A stretch of 64,000 bases of DNA from Candidatus Doudnabacteria bacterium (GTDB taxonomy: Bacteria; Patescibacteriota; Doudnabacteria; UBA920; O2-02-FULL-48-8): assembly GCA_016182875.1 (NCBI GenBank), contig JACPFQ010000010.1, positions 1,268-65,267 of the forward strand, in the 5' to 3' direction. How positions within the stretch are numbered: position 1 is the stretch's first letter; each line of letters opens with the position of its first letter. A program made the translations under genes and the position numbers. The notes under the pieces are model-generated. The model ran no database searches. It had not been told where the DNA came from and was given only the letters and a program-made list of their open reading frames with translations. Shown piece after piece: positions 29,744-40,397 of this stretch.

Positions 29744-29836
29744 TTAATGATAAATAAATTAGGTATTTGGGGCTTCTGCCGAAAGAAATAAAAAAAACTT
29801 TCAAAGTCCGAAGTTTTTTGTACCTTTGCACAAAAA

Positions 29837-30139
29837 TTACTTATCATCTCTCCGTCGCAAGCGATTGATTTGTTTAACCATGAGAAAAACCGCAAAAGCG
29901 ACAATCAGGAAATTGATGACAGCGTTTAAAAAAGCGCCGTAGCGCAAAACCGCTTTTCCGGGCAGGCCCAGAGCCAGTTTGCTTAAATCCACATGCCCGG
30001 TCAGCGTGCTCAAAACCGGCGTGAATATGTCGTTGACCAAAGAATTGACAATGGTCGTGAATGCCGCGCCAATAATCACGCCTACCGCCAGATCAAGCGC
30101 GTTGCCTTTGACCGCGAACTCTTTGAACTCCTTCAGCAT
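29837..30139 (-). CDS. mscL: large-conductance mechanosensitive channel
   Basis: Start [27 protein letters not shown]. Confidence 0.85.
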   Translation of the reverse strand: MLKEFKEFAVKGNALDLAVGVIIGAAFTTIVNSLVNDIFTPVLSTLTGHVDLSKLALGLPGKAVLRYGAFLNAVINFLIVAFAVFLMVKQINRLRRRDDK

Positions 30140-30324
30140 TATTTCCTTTTTTTCGTGATTGCGTCGCGAACCACCAGCCCATGACTAGCCCTTTTGACCA
30201 GCACCCTTTGTCGTTCCTTCCATCCCAGGGCGCGGACAAGCGACGGCGGCAGGACCACGGCCAGCGAAGCTTTGCCCAAGCGAATCAGATGCTGGGCGGA
30301 TTTTCTTGGTTTTGATTTCGCCAT
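30139..30324 (-). CDS. AbrB/MazE/SpoVT-family DNA-binding protein
   Basis: [23 protein letters not shown] swapped-hairpin motif; 61 aa. Confidence 0.5.
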   Translation of the reverse strand: MAKSKPRKSAQHLIRLGKASLAVVLPPSLVRALGWKERQRVLVKRASHGLVVRDAITKKRK

Positions 30325-30476
30325 TTGGTTCCTTTCAAATTAGTTATACTTGTGCTTAACATTTTACTCCTTAGCTTATTGCTTGCCAAGTTTTTAATCA
30401 GTCTAATGTTTGGTGTAATTACACCATTTGTTAGACTAAACACGCCGATTCAAAATCCAAATCTTGAATCTTGCCC

Positions 30477-30504
30477 TACTGCAATACGTTCCCGTATTGC
30501 AGTA
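30477..30504. repeat. palindrome tactgcaatacg-ttcc-cgtattgcagta
   Basis: Identical to the 20275 copy and preceded by aatcttga, as at 57750. Confidence 0.7.
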
Positions 30505-30517
30505 CTACTCAAATTCC

Positions 30518-31792
30518 CTATTTAATTTTCCTCACCAGTCTCGACTCGTCTTTAGGCTTTTTATTCAAGACGAGGCGGACAATCCCCTTGTTGGCGTCGA
30601 CTTCGACCAAGTCTCCGTCCTTGAAAATCTTGGTCGCGAACTTAGTGCCGATGACGCAGGGTTTTTTCAGCTCTCTGGAAACAATTGCCGCATGGCAAAG
30701 CATGCCGCCTTCGTCCGTGACAATCGCGGAGGCTTTTTTAATTGCCGGTAACCATTGCGGGCGGGTCATGGAGGTAACAATAATTGATTTGTTCTTTACT
30801 GCTTTTATATTTTTAGCAGTCATCAAGATAACAACCTTTCCACTAGCTTTACCCGCTTGGGCAGTCGTCCCAGACAAAGTGTTGATTTTTGAAGAAATAT
30901 TTCCTTGCGGCCCTAACTCTTTCGCAGCGATTTTCTGTGCCTCTCTCCCGGAATACAGTAACCAGGTTTGATTCTTTAAAACTAAAACGTAAAAGCTTCT
31001 TCGCTTTTTTACTTCAACTTGGAGTAACTTCCAACTCCTCTTTACGCTTTGCAAGATTTCTTCAGGCCGATACCAGACCAGGTCTTTTTTTGGAATTTCG
31101 TTTTGTCTCACGATTTTTTCTAAAAATTTTTGGAATTTCGGAAAAGAATATTTAGTAGTTACTAATTCAGCAACTTCGTGCAAATAAAACCGCCATTCAA
31201 AATATTTTATTAATTCTTTAAACGCGGTCGAAGGCTTGAGCTTGTTTAACAATCTTAGCTTTTTCTCTACTAGCGCCTTATCCGGATGAAAAAACTCCTC
31301 AAGGTTGCTTGCGTTTATTACAGGATAAACAAGGGTAGCAAATAGCTCGTCACTTGTTCCATATCCAAATTTCAAAAGTTCTTTTTTCAACAGCAGCTCG
31401 AGCTCTGGCTGAGGTATGCAGTACGCCACTATCGCCCTTGCCTGGATATAAAGATTAAAATAATTTTTCAAAGATTCTATAATTTGATCTGGCTGATCTG
31501 GCGGTAACTGCTCGATGTGGTCAGTCAGCCTGATCAGTTGAGTTAATATACTGCAAGAACTCTTAAATAATCTTTTATATACTTTTGTTTTATAATCATT
31601 CTGGATAATTCGTAATTTTTTTGGGATTTCATTTGGTCCGAAATACATAACCGGCAGTTCGTGCTCCGCAACTATTAAAATCTCACCAATGCAATATTTG
31701 GTTCCAGATAAATTTGTGGCATACCCAAGAGTTTTGAGGTAACGCTCAAGCAAAGTTGCCTCCCGAGTAATCATTTTTTTCCAGTAGGTCAT
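30518..31792 (-). CDS. paralog 6: novel helical N-domain + C-terminal PEP-utilising phosphohistidine (swivel) domain
   Basis: C-terminus [28 protein letters not shown]...[11 protein letters not shown]. Confidence 0.8.
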   Translation of the reverse strand: MTYWKKMITREATLLERYLKTLGYATNLSGTKYCIGEILIVAEHELPVMYFGPNEIPKKLRIIQNDYKTKVYKRLFKSSCSILTQLIRLTDHIEQLPPDQPDQIIESLKNYFNLYIQARAIVAYCIPQPELELLLKKELLKFGYGTSDELFATLVYPVINASNLEEFFHPDKALVEKKLRLLNKLKPSTAFKELIKYFEWRFYLHEVAELVTTKYSFPKFQKFLEKIVRQNEIPKKDLVWYRPEEILQSVKRSWKLLQVEVKKRRSFYVLVLKNQTWLLYSGREAQKIAAKELGPQGNISSKINTLSGTTAQAGKASGKVVILMTAKNIKAVKNKSIIVTSMTRPQWLPAIKKASAIVTDEGGMLCHAAIVSRELKKPCVIGTKFATKIFKDGDLVEVDANKGIVRLVLNKKPKDESRLVRKIK

Positions 31793-32112
31793 AGTAACAA
31801 CTCTGCCGCTGTCCGAGCCTGTTTCTCTCCTTCACCAGTTAATTCCGCTTCCGCTCCCTCGCCTAGGGCCTGACCGTGCCTGAAAAAATAAGCATTAACT
31901 TCCCGGCCTTTAGGTTCTTCTTCTCTCGCCTCCTTAAATCTCGGCTCTCCCTCTCCCTCTCCAAATTTTCTTTCATTCATATATTAACCTTTCTTAATTA
32001 TTTTATCTTCCTCACAACCCCTCGATTCGCCCCTGTACCAGTCCGCCTCAGGCGAACAGTACAGGGCTTCGCTCGCTCTGTGCACTTTAGTACGGTCGTG
32101 TATTAAAGCCTG

Positions 32113-33375
32113 TTAATTTGCTCGTTTAAGTAATTTTACTATTCCCCGCTGCGCATCCACCTCGACCAAATCCCCTGTCTTAAATACTTGTGTCCCTATT
32201 TTGGTCCCTATAATACATGGGATTTTCATTTCCCGGGATACTATCGCTGCATGGGAAGTAATTCCACCTTCATCTGTCACAATGGCTTTAACTTTTTTCA
32301 AATATGGCACGGCTGCGGGCTGGGTTTCTGGAGTAATTAAGATCTCGCCTGATTTGATTCCTGAAAAATTATAGGCATCAGCAACGCGGGCTCGGCCAGT
32401 AACCCTACCTTTATTTGCAATTAACCCCGCAATTTTGGAAGTTCTACCGTTTAAATCCTGGATTGATTTTTTAAAGTCTTGAAGTTTGGGTCCAACAATA
32501 ATCTTAACTCCTTGAGACGCAAACATTAAACCGTAATCTTTCTGTCGCAATTTCAGAATTCTGCGATTAAACTTTCCGGAAATTAACTCTTCTGGGGTCA
32601 ATTGCCTGGCTGCTTCGTAACTTAATCCCTGAGCTTTTTTCATTAGCAAAGGTTTGAAATAATAGAAAAATTCACTAATTTTATACAGCCGCCAGTCACG
32701 GAAATGAATATATTCCTGCGCCATTGCAACTAATCGATCAATGCGAGGATTAATCTTTGTTTTTTGTGATTGCACGGCCTTAATTTGATTTTTCTTTGCT
32801 GATTTCCAATCAGCCTTGAATGTTTCGTAAGTCAACGGAGTTATGTCCATAACGTAAGAATTTATCCATGCATAATTTATGAATACCTTTTTAAATACTT
32901 CTGGGTTTGGCTTCTTAACTGCGCGCAAAGCTTGTTGGTATTTTTGGCGCATTAAGGGTTTCTTGCCAAGAGGAACTTTCTCAATTACCGGTTTGAGCTC
33001 TTCATTAATAACCAAATCAATCATAATCGGCAAATAGGTAGCTTGAAATGCCAAAGCCGCTTGATCGAATATCTGTTTGAGGTTTTGCTTGGTAGCATGT
33101 TTGGTATGCTTTGTGATGACGATAAGCTTTTCTGAATCACCTTTCATCTTTTTCAAGGCCCGATATGGCCAATCCGTCCCAAGTTTTTTTTTGATAGCTT
33201 GTAAAAGTAATTTAAGCTCTCGTTCTTCCACCCATAAACTACCCGAATGTCTAGCCCAATGTTTGAGATTGGGCAGACCAAAATAATCGCCGAATTCGCG
33301 TCGTAATGATTCCATAACCCAATAAACATACAAAATCGGATGATTACCGCGAGTAAAAAATCTTATCCATTTCAT
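32113..33375 (-). CDS. paralog 5: variable N-domain + PEP-utilising phosphohistidine domain
   Basis: C-terminus [28 protein letters not shown]...[11 protein letters not shown]. Confidence 0.8.
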   Translation of the reverse strand: MKWIRFFTRGNHPILYVYWVMESLRREFGDYFGLPNLKHWARHSGSLWVEERELKLLLQAIKKKLGTDWPYRALKKMKGDSEKLIVITKHTKHATKQNLKQIFDQAALAFQATYLPIMIDLVINEELKPVIEKVPLGKKPLMRQKYQQALRAVKKPNPEVFKKVFINYAWINSYVMDITPLTYETFKADWKSAKKNQIKAVQSQKTKINPRIDRLVAMAQEYIHFRDWRLYKISEFFYYFKPLLMKKAQGLSYEAARQLTPEELISGKFNRRILKLRQKDYGLMFASQGVKIIVGPKLQDFKKSIQDLNGRTSKIAGLIANKGRVTGRARVADAYNFSGIKSGEILITPETQPAAVPYLKKVKAIVTDEGGITSHAAIVSREMKIPCIIGTKIGTQVFKTGDLVEVDAQRGIVKLLKRAN

Positions 33376-33626
33376 TTTATTTTCCTCACAATCCCATTAT
33401 TCGCATCGACTTCCACCAAATCGCCGTCTTTTAATCTTTTATATTTACTATTCCTGTAAATCAAGCGGACTTTCGCGGTATCCTGTGTAATCCACTTTTG
33501 TTCTTCTTTCGTCTTGTAATACTTCTTGTTTGCGTAAAAATGACCGAAAATTTTAGCCTGTCCTTGTTTTCGATCAAAGTATATTTCCGCCAACTTATTA
33601 TTAACCATTGCAAAACACCACGGCAT
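33372..33626 (-). pseudogene. remnant of a further paralog (only the extreme C-terminal swivel-domain motif retained)
   Basis: Ends ...[20 protein letters not shown], identical in style to the paralog C-termini, and lacks the GG..HAAI core. Confidence 0.5.
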
Positions 33627-33638
33627 AGATATTTTTTA

Positions 33639-34055
33639 TTATTTTGTTAGATACTTATTCAAAAAATCACCTGGCAAAAGAATGGGAAACGACACGGCTC
33701 CCATCACCCTGGGCTGGATAAAATGCTTACGGTCTAAAGTTATAAAAAAATCGCAATTGGCTTTCATGGCCGCAGCAAGAATTACTGCATCAAATACATT
33801 GATTAATTTTTTAGCTTTTAAGATTGTTTTTTTATCTGGCTGGATTAAAACCGCATGCACAGAATCAAACAAAGCTAAAAAACTTTGAACTTTAACGGGA
33901 TATTTCTCGTTCAAATTCCTGGTAACTTCCTCGAAAACATCTGGCGAGCTGATTACCGGAAGCCTCTTATTTATGACTTGGCGAATAATTTCGGCTGACG
34001 CGCCTTGTTCAGAAAGACTCGCCGCTATCCAAACACTACTGTCTAAGAAAATCAT
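33639..34055 (-). CDS. vapC: PIN-domain toxin (VapC-like)
   Basis: Start MIFLDSSVWIAA plus conserved acidic residues; 138 aa, immediately downstream of the RHH gene. Confidence 0.7.
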   Translation of the reverse strand: MIFLDSSVWIAASLSEQGASAEIIRQVINKRLPVISSPDVFEEVTRNLNEKYPVKVQSFLALFDSVHAVLIQPDKKTILKAKKLINVFDAVILAAAMKANCDFFITLDRKHFIQPRVMGAVSFPILLPGDFLNKYLTK

Positions 34056-34057
34056 CT

Positions 34058-34330
34058 TTATTTAAAAAGATAAGGATAGCGTTCTTTTACCAATTCCGAT
34101 CGAATTCGCCTATAATCTTTTTCAATTTTTTTCCATAACCGGGCATCTTCTTTTTCGAGCTGAAGTAATTTTTTCTTTGGGATTTTTTTGCTTGCTTCTT
34201 CCAAATAACGGCGCAGTGCCGTGCGTAAAAGTTCTGAACGGGTCATATTCTGCTTTTGGGCTATTTTTTCCGATTCCCGCAGCATTTGAGGCGGTAGGGA
34301 AATAGTGACTAACGACGTATTACGCTTCAT
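34058..34330 (-). CDS. vapB: ribbon-helix-helix antitoxin (CopG/VapB-like)
   Basis: 90 aa with an RHH-like N-terminus (VTISLPPQMLRESEKIAQ); 3-nt spacing to the PIN gene. Confidence 0.6.
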   Translation of the reverse strand: MKRNTSLVTISLPPQMLRESEKIAQKQNMTRSELLRTALRRYLEEASKKIPKKKLLQLEKEDARLWKKIEKDYRRIRSELVKERYPYLFK

Positions 34331-34424
34331 ATAATTTATATGTTAATACTAAGTATTAACATTGTACTTAGCTAATTTATAGCTGTCAATATGCCTTTTC
34401 TATAACCTATTATATCTAAAATTA

Positions 34425-35873
34425 TCATCTGCCAACTTTTCTGACAATCCCCTTACTAGCATCGACCTCGACCAAATCCCCATCTTTGAGGACTTTGGTT
34501 GCTATTTTGGTGCCGACGATGCAAGGAACGCCCAGCTCGCGGGAAACTACCGCCGCATGAGACATTAGTCCGCCGACATCAGTGACAATTGCTTTAGCCT
34601 TGCGCATAGCAACTATATAGTCGGGTGAGGTCATGGGGGCGACCAAGATTTCTCCGGGTTTCATGTATTGGGCAAATTTCGGTGAATGCAGAATCCTAGT
34701 CCGCCCGCTAACCTTCTGTCCTGAATTAAAAGCCACTATTCCTTGGACTTCTTTGCCAGCATTTATTTCTTTCTTCGATTCCAAAGCCTTGAGGAAATCT
34801 TTTACTTTTTTGCCGTAAAAAAATCTGTAATCCTTGGGTGTTACCAAAATCATCGTCGAATTTTTCCTGTGCTTAAGTACGCGAGGACTGACCTTGGCCC
34901 CGGTTTGGAATAACCTTAACCACTCGGCGCAATCATAATACATCAACTGGTCAATGCTTAGGCCAAAAACCGGGCTGGCGAATTTATTAAACCTATCAAT
35001 GACATTGTGGGCCCGCCAGCTGGTGGCCTTGCGGTGGTCCTGCCACCAGATAGAAAAAGAAATATTACGCGCAGCGGCGACCAAGCTTTTTGGAACGTGA
35101 TATTTTTTTATAACTTGTCTTTTTCTTTTGGCGATCTCGCGGCGCGATGCCAAAATGTTTTGTATTTTTTCCTTCAGCTGCTGTTTGGAAAGCCTGCTCA
35201 CTTGCCTTAAAAAATATGTGTCGGGAAGGATTTGCGCTGTATAATAGCTATTTTCCACCCAATACCATTTGGAGGCGTAAACTTTCAATTTGGCGCGCAA
35301 GCCCTTTTTATTTTTAGCCGCTAAGGCAGTTTGGAGCAATTCCAGTTCGCTTTGTTGATGGAAGCTTGGTTTTGGAGAGGCCATAAGTATGCCAACTGTT
35401 TCTTCCATCTCGCTTGCTGGAACAAGGCCGCGAAGTTTCCTGCTTAAATATTCAGGTGAGGCAAAATTAGCCAGTTCTTGAACTAAAGCATAAACCCAAA
35501 GTTGAATCAAATAACGGTAAAATTTTTCAACGTAAGGCCTAAGCTGCTCAATATTTTTAAAGTTAGTGACATGCGATATCTCTCTTTTAAATTTTCTAAG
35601 GTTAAGCACATTGTCCCAGTACTTTTTCCACAAAATTTTCATTTTCCCAGTGGGAATAATCCAGCGATTCAGCGCGACCTCACCCCTTTTTTGCATCTCT
35701 GCTTTCTCCCAATAATACGCCATCTTGTCGTGGCCATAAATCCCGACATAAGTGGGCCAGGGCGCTTTGAATTTCATGCCGCTTGTGGCATTGGCCACTA
35801 TCCAAAACGACGGATACAAAAGCCTCCCATCTATTGGGCCCCACTGGTCAATTTCTTTTTTATGGTTAAGCAT
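34425..35873 (-). CDS. paralog 4: variable N-domain + PEP-utilising phosphohistidine domain
   Basis: C-terminus AIVTDVGGLMSHAAVVSRELGVPCIVGT...[11 protein letters not shown]. Confidence 0.8.
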   Translation of the reverse strand: MLNHKKEIDQWGPIDGRLLYPSFWIVANATSGMKFKAPWPTYVGIYGHDKMAYYWEKAEMQKRGEVALNRWIIPTGKMKILWKKYWDNVLNLRKFKREISHVTNFKNIEQLRPYVEKFYRYLIQLWVYALVQELANFASPEYLSRKLRGLVPASEMEETVGILMASPKPSFHQQSELELLQTALAAKNKKGLRAKLKVYASKWYWVENSYYTAQILPDTYFLRQVSRLSKQQLKEKIQNILASRREIAKRKRQVIKKYHVPKSLVAAARNISFSIWWQDHRKATSWRAHNVIDRFNKFASPVFGLSIDQLMYYDCAEWLRLFQTGAKVSPRVLKHRKNSTMILVTPKDYRFFYGKKVKDFLKALESKKEINAGKEVQGIVAFNSGQKVSGRTRILHSPKFAQYMKPGEILVAPMTSPDYIVAMRKAKAIVTDVGGLMSHAAVVSRELGVPCIVGTKIATKVLKDGDLVEVDASKGIVRKVGR

Positions 35874-35876
35874 GTG

Positions 35877-36743
35877 TTATTTACCCAGTCTAGCTTTTAA
35901 CCATTCCGTAATTTGTTGAGAAAATTGCGGCCATTCTGACTCTAGCATCAGCAAGTGCCCTGCTTTCATTTCGAGATAATCTCCTCTTAAAAACCTCGCT
36001 AGTTCCTGGCACTGCTGCGGGGAAACACGGTTGTCATCCGAAGCCCCAACAACTAAAATAGGACATTTTATTTTTTCCGGATTGATTGAAGGAGGTTTGC
36101 TATAAGCTTCAAAACGAGCCTGGTGTGACTCAAATCCCAACATTGGCTTGTATTTTTCATCATAGGCTGCTTCAAAGTCAGACGGAACCCGATCGCCAAA
36201 CCAGCTTAAAAAACTCGCTTTATCTCTTTTTATCATATCTCCCCTTGCAATTAATTCTTGAACTTTTGCTTCTTCTTCGGGAGTTGGCGCTTTCATCGGA
36301 AACTGAGATGGGAGTCCGGGTGTAAGCAAAATCAATGCGGCTGGCTTTTGGTCAGCGGCTTGCTCCATTGCAGTCAAGCCGCCGGCGCTACGGCCTACCA
36401 ATACTTGTTGATTGTAATTTAAGCCTTGCTGTGTTAAATCTTCACGCGCCCTGCGGATATCTTCGTTAAAATCCACCATGCTTCTACCTGCGAATTCTGC
36501 ATTAGGAAGTTCGCCCAGCCGCCCTTTAAGATTAACTGACATTGAATCAAAGCCATTGCGCCCGAAACTTTCCAAAACGGGCAGGCCACTTTTTGCAGTA
36601 AGACCTGATCCGGGAATGAAAATGGCAGTCTCCAGATAAAGTTTGGGCTCTGCTGGCAAAAATTCTGCTCTTAATCCGCCTACAATGATTTCTCTCGTAG
36701 GAATTTTGGGAGCATCAAATCGCCCGGAATCTTCTATGCTCAT
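35877..36743 (-). CDS. alpha/beta-fold hydrolase
   Basis: GRSAGG nucleophile elbow (GxSxG) with downstream D/H; 288 aa. Confidence 0.65.
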   Translation of the reverse strand: MSIEDSGRFDAPKIPTREIIVGGLRAEFLPAEPKLYLETAIFIPGSGLTAKSGLPVLESFGRNGFDSMSVNLKGRLGELPNAEFAGRSMVDFNEDIRRAREDLTQQGLNYNQQVLVGRSAGGLTAMEQAADQKPAALILLTPGLPSQFPMKAPTPEEEAKVQELIARGDMIKRDKASFLSWFGDRVPSDFEAAYDEKYKPMLGFESHQARFEAYSKPPSINPEKIKCPILVVGASDDNRVSPQQCQELARFLRGDYLEMKAGHLLMLESEWPQFSQQITEWLKARLGK

Positions 36744-37735
36744 TCTTTCTTTTCAAACCTACTCTTTGCTACTTCAGCTAACTCTCTAACTTTTTGCCAG
36801 TCCAAATAAACTCTTTTGCCTTTAAATAATTTGGCCCGCTCAGGGTCTGTAAACTCAAACTCCGCTTTGGTGTCTTTGTCAAAATCATCTAAGCTTCGCG
36901 GATCGCCCATTCTGGTGTCGCGGGAAAGTTTGATGCGAAACGCTGTGGCCTGTTTGGTGAACCCGCCGATTTCGTCCACGTCATCAAAGCCGACTTTCCG
37001 CTCCCCGGTTTGCGGATCTTCTACGACCAAAGCCTGTTTATACAAAGATTCCGCAAACAGTCCGCTGCCGACTATGGGAATCGCTTTTGACTCACCGCCC
37101 TTCACGCCTCTTCTGGAAAGCTCAATTGCGTGCATCAACTCATTGGCTTCGTTTTCGGCCAAAGGACGGGCAATATCTTCATTGGCTAGCGCTTCTCGCA
37201 ATCCTACTATTTGCGCCTTTTCCCTATTTGCGGCTCGAAATTCCGCGTCAGATTTGAATCTTTCCTGGTCCTCCGGCGACAACTCTAAAACCAAACGATT
37301 GAGCTTAGTGTTGATCAAATCTTTGTATTGCTTCAACACCGGATTTAGGCCAGCGCCAGCATAATCAACGCCTTTGCCGCGCCTTGCTCCTTTTACTTTG
37401 CCGGTTTTGCCTTTGACCGGTGAGGCGTCTTCTCGCTCACCGAACTTTTCACTCCCGGCCAATATATCTTCTCCGGTTTCACCATGTCTGGGCTCATCTC
37501 CTCCCCGAGGATGAACCAAAGTCACTTCTTCGGGATAATTAGCCGCCCCATACTCTTTTGCTCGGGACTTGCCCACAGGCGTTAAGTCCGTAGGGTCATC
37601 AAACTTTTGCCGGCTGCCATCGGCAAAGGTGATATCCATCGGCCCGCCGAACCTACTGCCGTGGCGCGTAAGGTCGATGTAGGTCGTCGCGATAAACTGT
37701 TTCTCCTCCTCAAGATTGCGCATTTCTTCATTCAT
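36740..37735 (-). CDS. hypothetical protein, possible histidine-phosphatase-like (RHG motif near N-terminus), charged/low-complexity middle
   Basis: LTRHGSRFGGP motif; otherwise unrecognised. Confidence 0.35.
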   Translation of the reverse strand: MNEEMRNLEEEKQFIATTYIDLTRHGSRFGGPMDITFADGSRQKFDDPTDLTPVGKSRAKEYGAANYPEEVTLVHPRGGDEPRHGETGEDILAGSEKFGEREDASPVKGKTGKVKGARRGKGVDYAGAGLNPVLKQYKDLINTKLNRLVLELSPEDQERFKSDAEFRAANREKAQIVGLREALANEDIARPLAENEANELMHAIELSRRGVKGGESKAIPIVGSGLFAESLYKQALVVEDPQTGERKVGFDDVDEIGGFTKQATAFRIKLSRDTRMGDPRSLDDFDKDTKAEFEFTDPERAKLFKGKRVYLDWQKVRELAEVAKSRFEKKE

Positions 37736-38322
37736 AGTTTTTGTAACTCCTTTTTTAATTGTTCAACATTTTTATAAATTAGAATTTTCATTGCCAATTG
37801 CTCGGCACCCTCGATTCTGTCCGGACGATCATCGATATACAAAGCTTCGCTTCCGGAAACGCCGGCTTGTTGGAGTGCATATTCGTAAATTTTCACATCT
37901 GGCTTGCGGATATGCAGATAACTGGATACAGCTTTAATAGTAAAAATTTCACCCCAATGATACTGCTGCCAAAAATAATCAAACCATTCTTTGGGATTAT
38001 TGGAAATAACGCCCAGGGTGAAGCGGCTCTTGAGAACCGCCAAGAATCCCAGCAGTTCTCTGTTCGGGGAAAAATTTTTAAGAATCAATTTCTTTAAATC
38101 CTCGACGTCCAGCGCTTGCTTGAAGTCTTCCGCAGTTTTTTGAAAGTACTCCTGCTCGCTAATATTGCCCAAAGTGAAGTCCTTCCACCACACTCCATCA
38201 TGAGCTGAAGCGTAAAGCAAGCCAGGTTTAATCCCATGAGCCGCCTCGTATTCCTTAATCCCGGCTGTAAAACCTTCTCTCACTAAAACATTACCGGAAT
38301 CAAAAAAAATTGCCTTGATCAT
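37732..38322 (-). CDS. HAD-superfamily hydrolase (subfamily IA-like)
   Basis: Motif I IFFDSGNVL and motif IV YIDDRPD. Confidence 0.65.
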   Translation of the reverse strand: MIKAIFFDSGNVLVREGFTAGIKEYEAAHGIKPGLLYASAHDGVWWKDFTLGNISEQEYFQKTAEDFKQALDVEDLKKLILKNFSPNRELLGFLAVLKSRFTLGVISNNPKEWFDYFWQQYHWGEIFTIKAVSSYLHIRKPDVKIYEYALQQAGVSGSEALYIDDRPDRIEGAEQLAMKILIYKNVEQLKKELQKL

Positions 38323-39815
38323 TTTGCTCTTTCCAGAATCCGGACGATTCCTTTTTGCGCATCCACTTCCAGCAAGTCATCGTCGTGGATAATCCGGGTT
38401 CCATTTTGGGTGGCGATGACGCACGGAACTCCCAATTCGCGGGAGACAATCGCGGCATGCGAAGACAAGCCTCCCTGGTCCGCGACAATTGCGACCGCTT
38501 TTTCCATGGCCGGCACAAAATCCGGAGTGGTGAACTGCGCCACCAGGATGTCGCCCCGCTTGACCTTGCCTATTTCATGTTTGTCCAGGCAGACCCTTGC
38601 TCGACCCCGGATCATGCCGCCCAAACACGCCATCCGTCCGTGAATCTCTTCGATTTGCTCAACTTTGACAAAATACTTTTTTTCTAATTTTTTAATTTCG
38701 GCAGGATCAGTAATCAACTTGGTTTCGGCATTCCGCACTACCATGGCGTAATCTTTAAATCTCCTTTGCATCTCAGCGCTATTGGGCAGCGGCTTGCCCC
38801 GGAGTGCGCCAAACATTTCCGGAGTGGAGACTTCCATAATCCAGTCAGGGTTGAATTTGGCTCGTCGGGCGATCTCGGCGTACATGAAGCTTGCGCCATA
38901 ATCGGCGTTGAAAAACGCTTCTACGCGGCGGTTGCGGACGTAGGAATGGAGTTTTGCCTGGCCAATGATCTTTTGGAAATCTTTTTTCGGCCTAATTTTC
39001 TCAATGGCGTCTTTGTAATCGTCCCCGACTTTCTTCTCGGAAGCGAAGTAGATTAGGTCATCAATCGACTGGCCTGCGGAAATTTGCCTTTTTATCTCTT
39101 TGAGCCTGTCAATTATGTCCTTGTAAGAGTAGGGCTTGCTCGTGGCTAGGCCGCGGTTGATGTAGGCAAATTTATCCAGATGCTTTTGAATTTTTTGCTT
39201 AAACTTCGACGGCAAGCTGTTTAAATCAGCTTTGGCTTTGAAAAGTTCTTTGGCCAACAGCGTCAGCTTCCACCGTTCTTCGGCCACGTCGGTCATTTCT
39301 TTGGGATCGGTAAAGACCAATACATAATGGCGAAAATTTGGATTATCGCCTTTGATGCAATCAAGCAATTTTTCCTCAATTGCTTTTTCAAAATATTCAT
39401 CCAACGGGTATTGGGCATACCAAGGGCAGGCCAACTCTCGATACTGCTCCAGCAAATCTTTCAAAACGCCTGCCATGTGTCGGTTGGTTTTGCTCTGCCA
39501 ATCTGTCTTTTTGAGCTCAAAACCCCGATTGTAAAGCTTCTCCGACTTTTTCAACTCGCGCACGCAGTATCTTTCAAACCAGCCGTCATTTTTCTTGGGG
39601 TGCCCGGTTATTTCCGCTTCAAAGGGATTATATTCCTCCGCCGGCCAGTAGATCATGTGGTGCAGGTAAGCTCTGTTGGCCAAAACCGTTCTGATTTGAG
39701 CCTTCGCCGCGTTTTCCGGATTGAACGAAGAGTTAATCATGAAGCGCAAAAAGATCGGAAGCTTGCCCGACGGCTTGATCCTCCATTTGCCCGAATACAT
39801 TACTGCCCCGGCCAT
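38319..39815 (-). CDS. paralog 3: variable N-domain + PEP-utilising phosphohistidine domain
   Basis: C-terminus [28 protein letters not shown]...DDLLEVDAQKG. Confidence 0.8.
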   Translation of the reverse strand: MAGAVMYSGKWRIKPSGKLPIFLRFMINSSFNPENAAKAQIRTVLANRAYLHHMIYWPAEEYNPFEAEITGHPKKNDGWFERYCVRELKKSEKLYNRGFELKKTDWQSKTNRHMAGVLKDLLEQYRELACPWYAQYPLDEYFEKAIEEKLLDCIKGDNPNFRHYVLVFTDPKEMTDVAEERWKLTLLAKELFKAKADLNSLPSKFKQKIQKHLDKFAYINRGLATSKPYSYKDIIDRLKEIKRQISAGQSIDDLIYFASEKKVGDDYKDAIEKIRPKKDFQKIIGQAKLHSYVRNRRVEAFFNADYGASFMYAEIARRAKFNPDWIMEVSTPEMFGALRGKPLPNSAEMQRRFKDYAMVVRNAETKLITDPAEIKKLEKKYFVKVEQIEEIHGRMACLGGMIRGRARVCLDKHEIGKVKRGDILVAQFTTPDFVPAMEKAVAIVADQGGLSSHAAIVSRELGVPCVIATQNGTRIIHDDDLLEVDAQKGIVRILERAK

Positions 39816-39818
39816 AAT

Positions 39819-40397
39819 TTAGAATTTAAATTCTTTTGAATGCATTAAAAAATATTTCAATTCTTCGATAAAAGGTTCTGTAAGCCTCATCTTTTTCTCG
39901 TTATAAAGCTGCCAGACTTTTCTTAAATCAAATGCTTTAAAATTCTTAATTTCCTGCCGGTTTGGTTTGACTTGTCCGTCATGTTTCCCAATGTACCAAT
40001 ATACCATTATTCCGCCGATTGATAAACCAGGCATCGGAATAATCTTTATCAGTTTAAGAGGAACCTGAATGCCTAACTCTTCCTTCAACTCCCTCAAAGC
40101 ATCGGCCAAAATCTGTTTTTTTGTTCGTGCGCCCGACCTTACAAATCCGGAGCATGCTGATTGCCAATGAAGCGGCTGGATGTCTTTCGTTCGGCTTCTT
40201 TGCTGGAGCCAAAATTTTCCCTGCGAGTTTTTTAGCCAGATGTGGGCTGAGCGGCGCATCAATTTCCGGTTCTGCAAGAATTTTTTTCTCGTAGCCCTGC
40301 CAATGACCTTATTGCGCAAATTCACGATATCGTGCAGCTCACCCATCGGGTCAGAGCTGTCTTTGAGATTAATCAGTTTTACTCTCTTTAATTTCAT
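39819..40397 (-). CDS. Nudix hydrolase
   Basis: Nudix box SGFVRSGARTKKQILADALRELKEELGI (Gx5Ex7REUxEExGU). Confidence 0.65.
   Translation of the reverse strand: MKLKRVKLINLKDSSDPMGELHDIVNLRNKVIGRATRKKFLQNRKLMRRSAHIWLKNSQGKFWLQQRSRTKDIQPLHWQSACSGFVRSGARTKKQILADALRELKEELGIQVPLKLIKIIPMPGLSIGGIMVYWYIGKHDGQVKPNRQEIKNFKAFDLRKVWQLYNEKKMRLTEPFIEELKYFLMHSKEFKF

Noticed and set aside
31789-31980. 63-aa ORF between paralogs 5 and 6
   Set aside because: Low-complexity GEGE-rich translation of a hairpin-rich spacer; more likely a non-coding leader or promoter for paralog 6.
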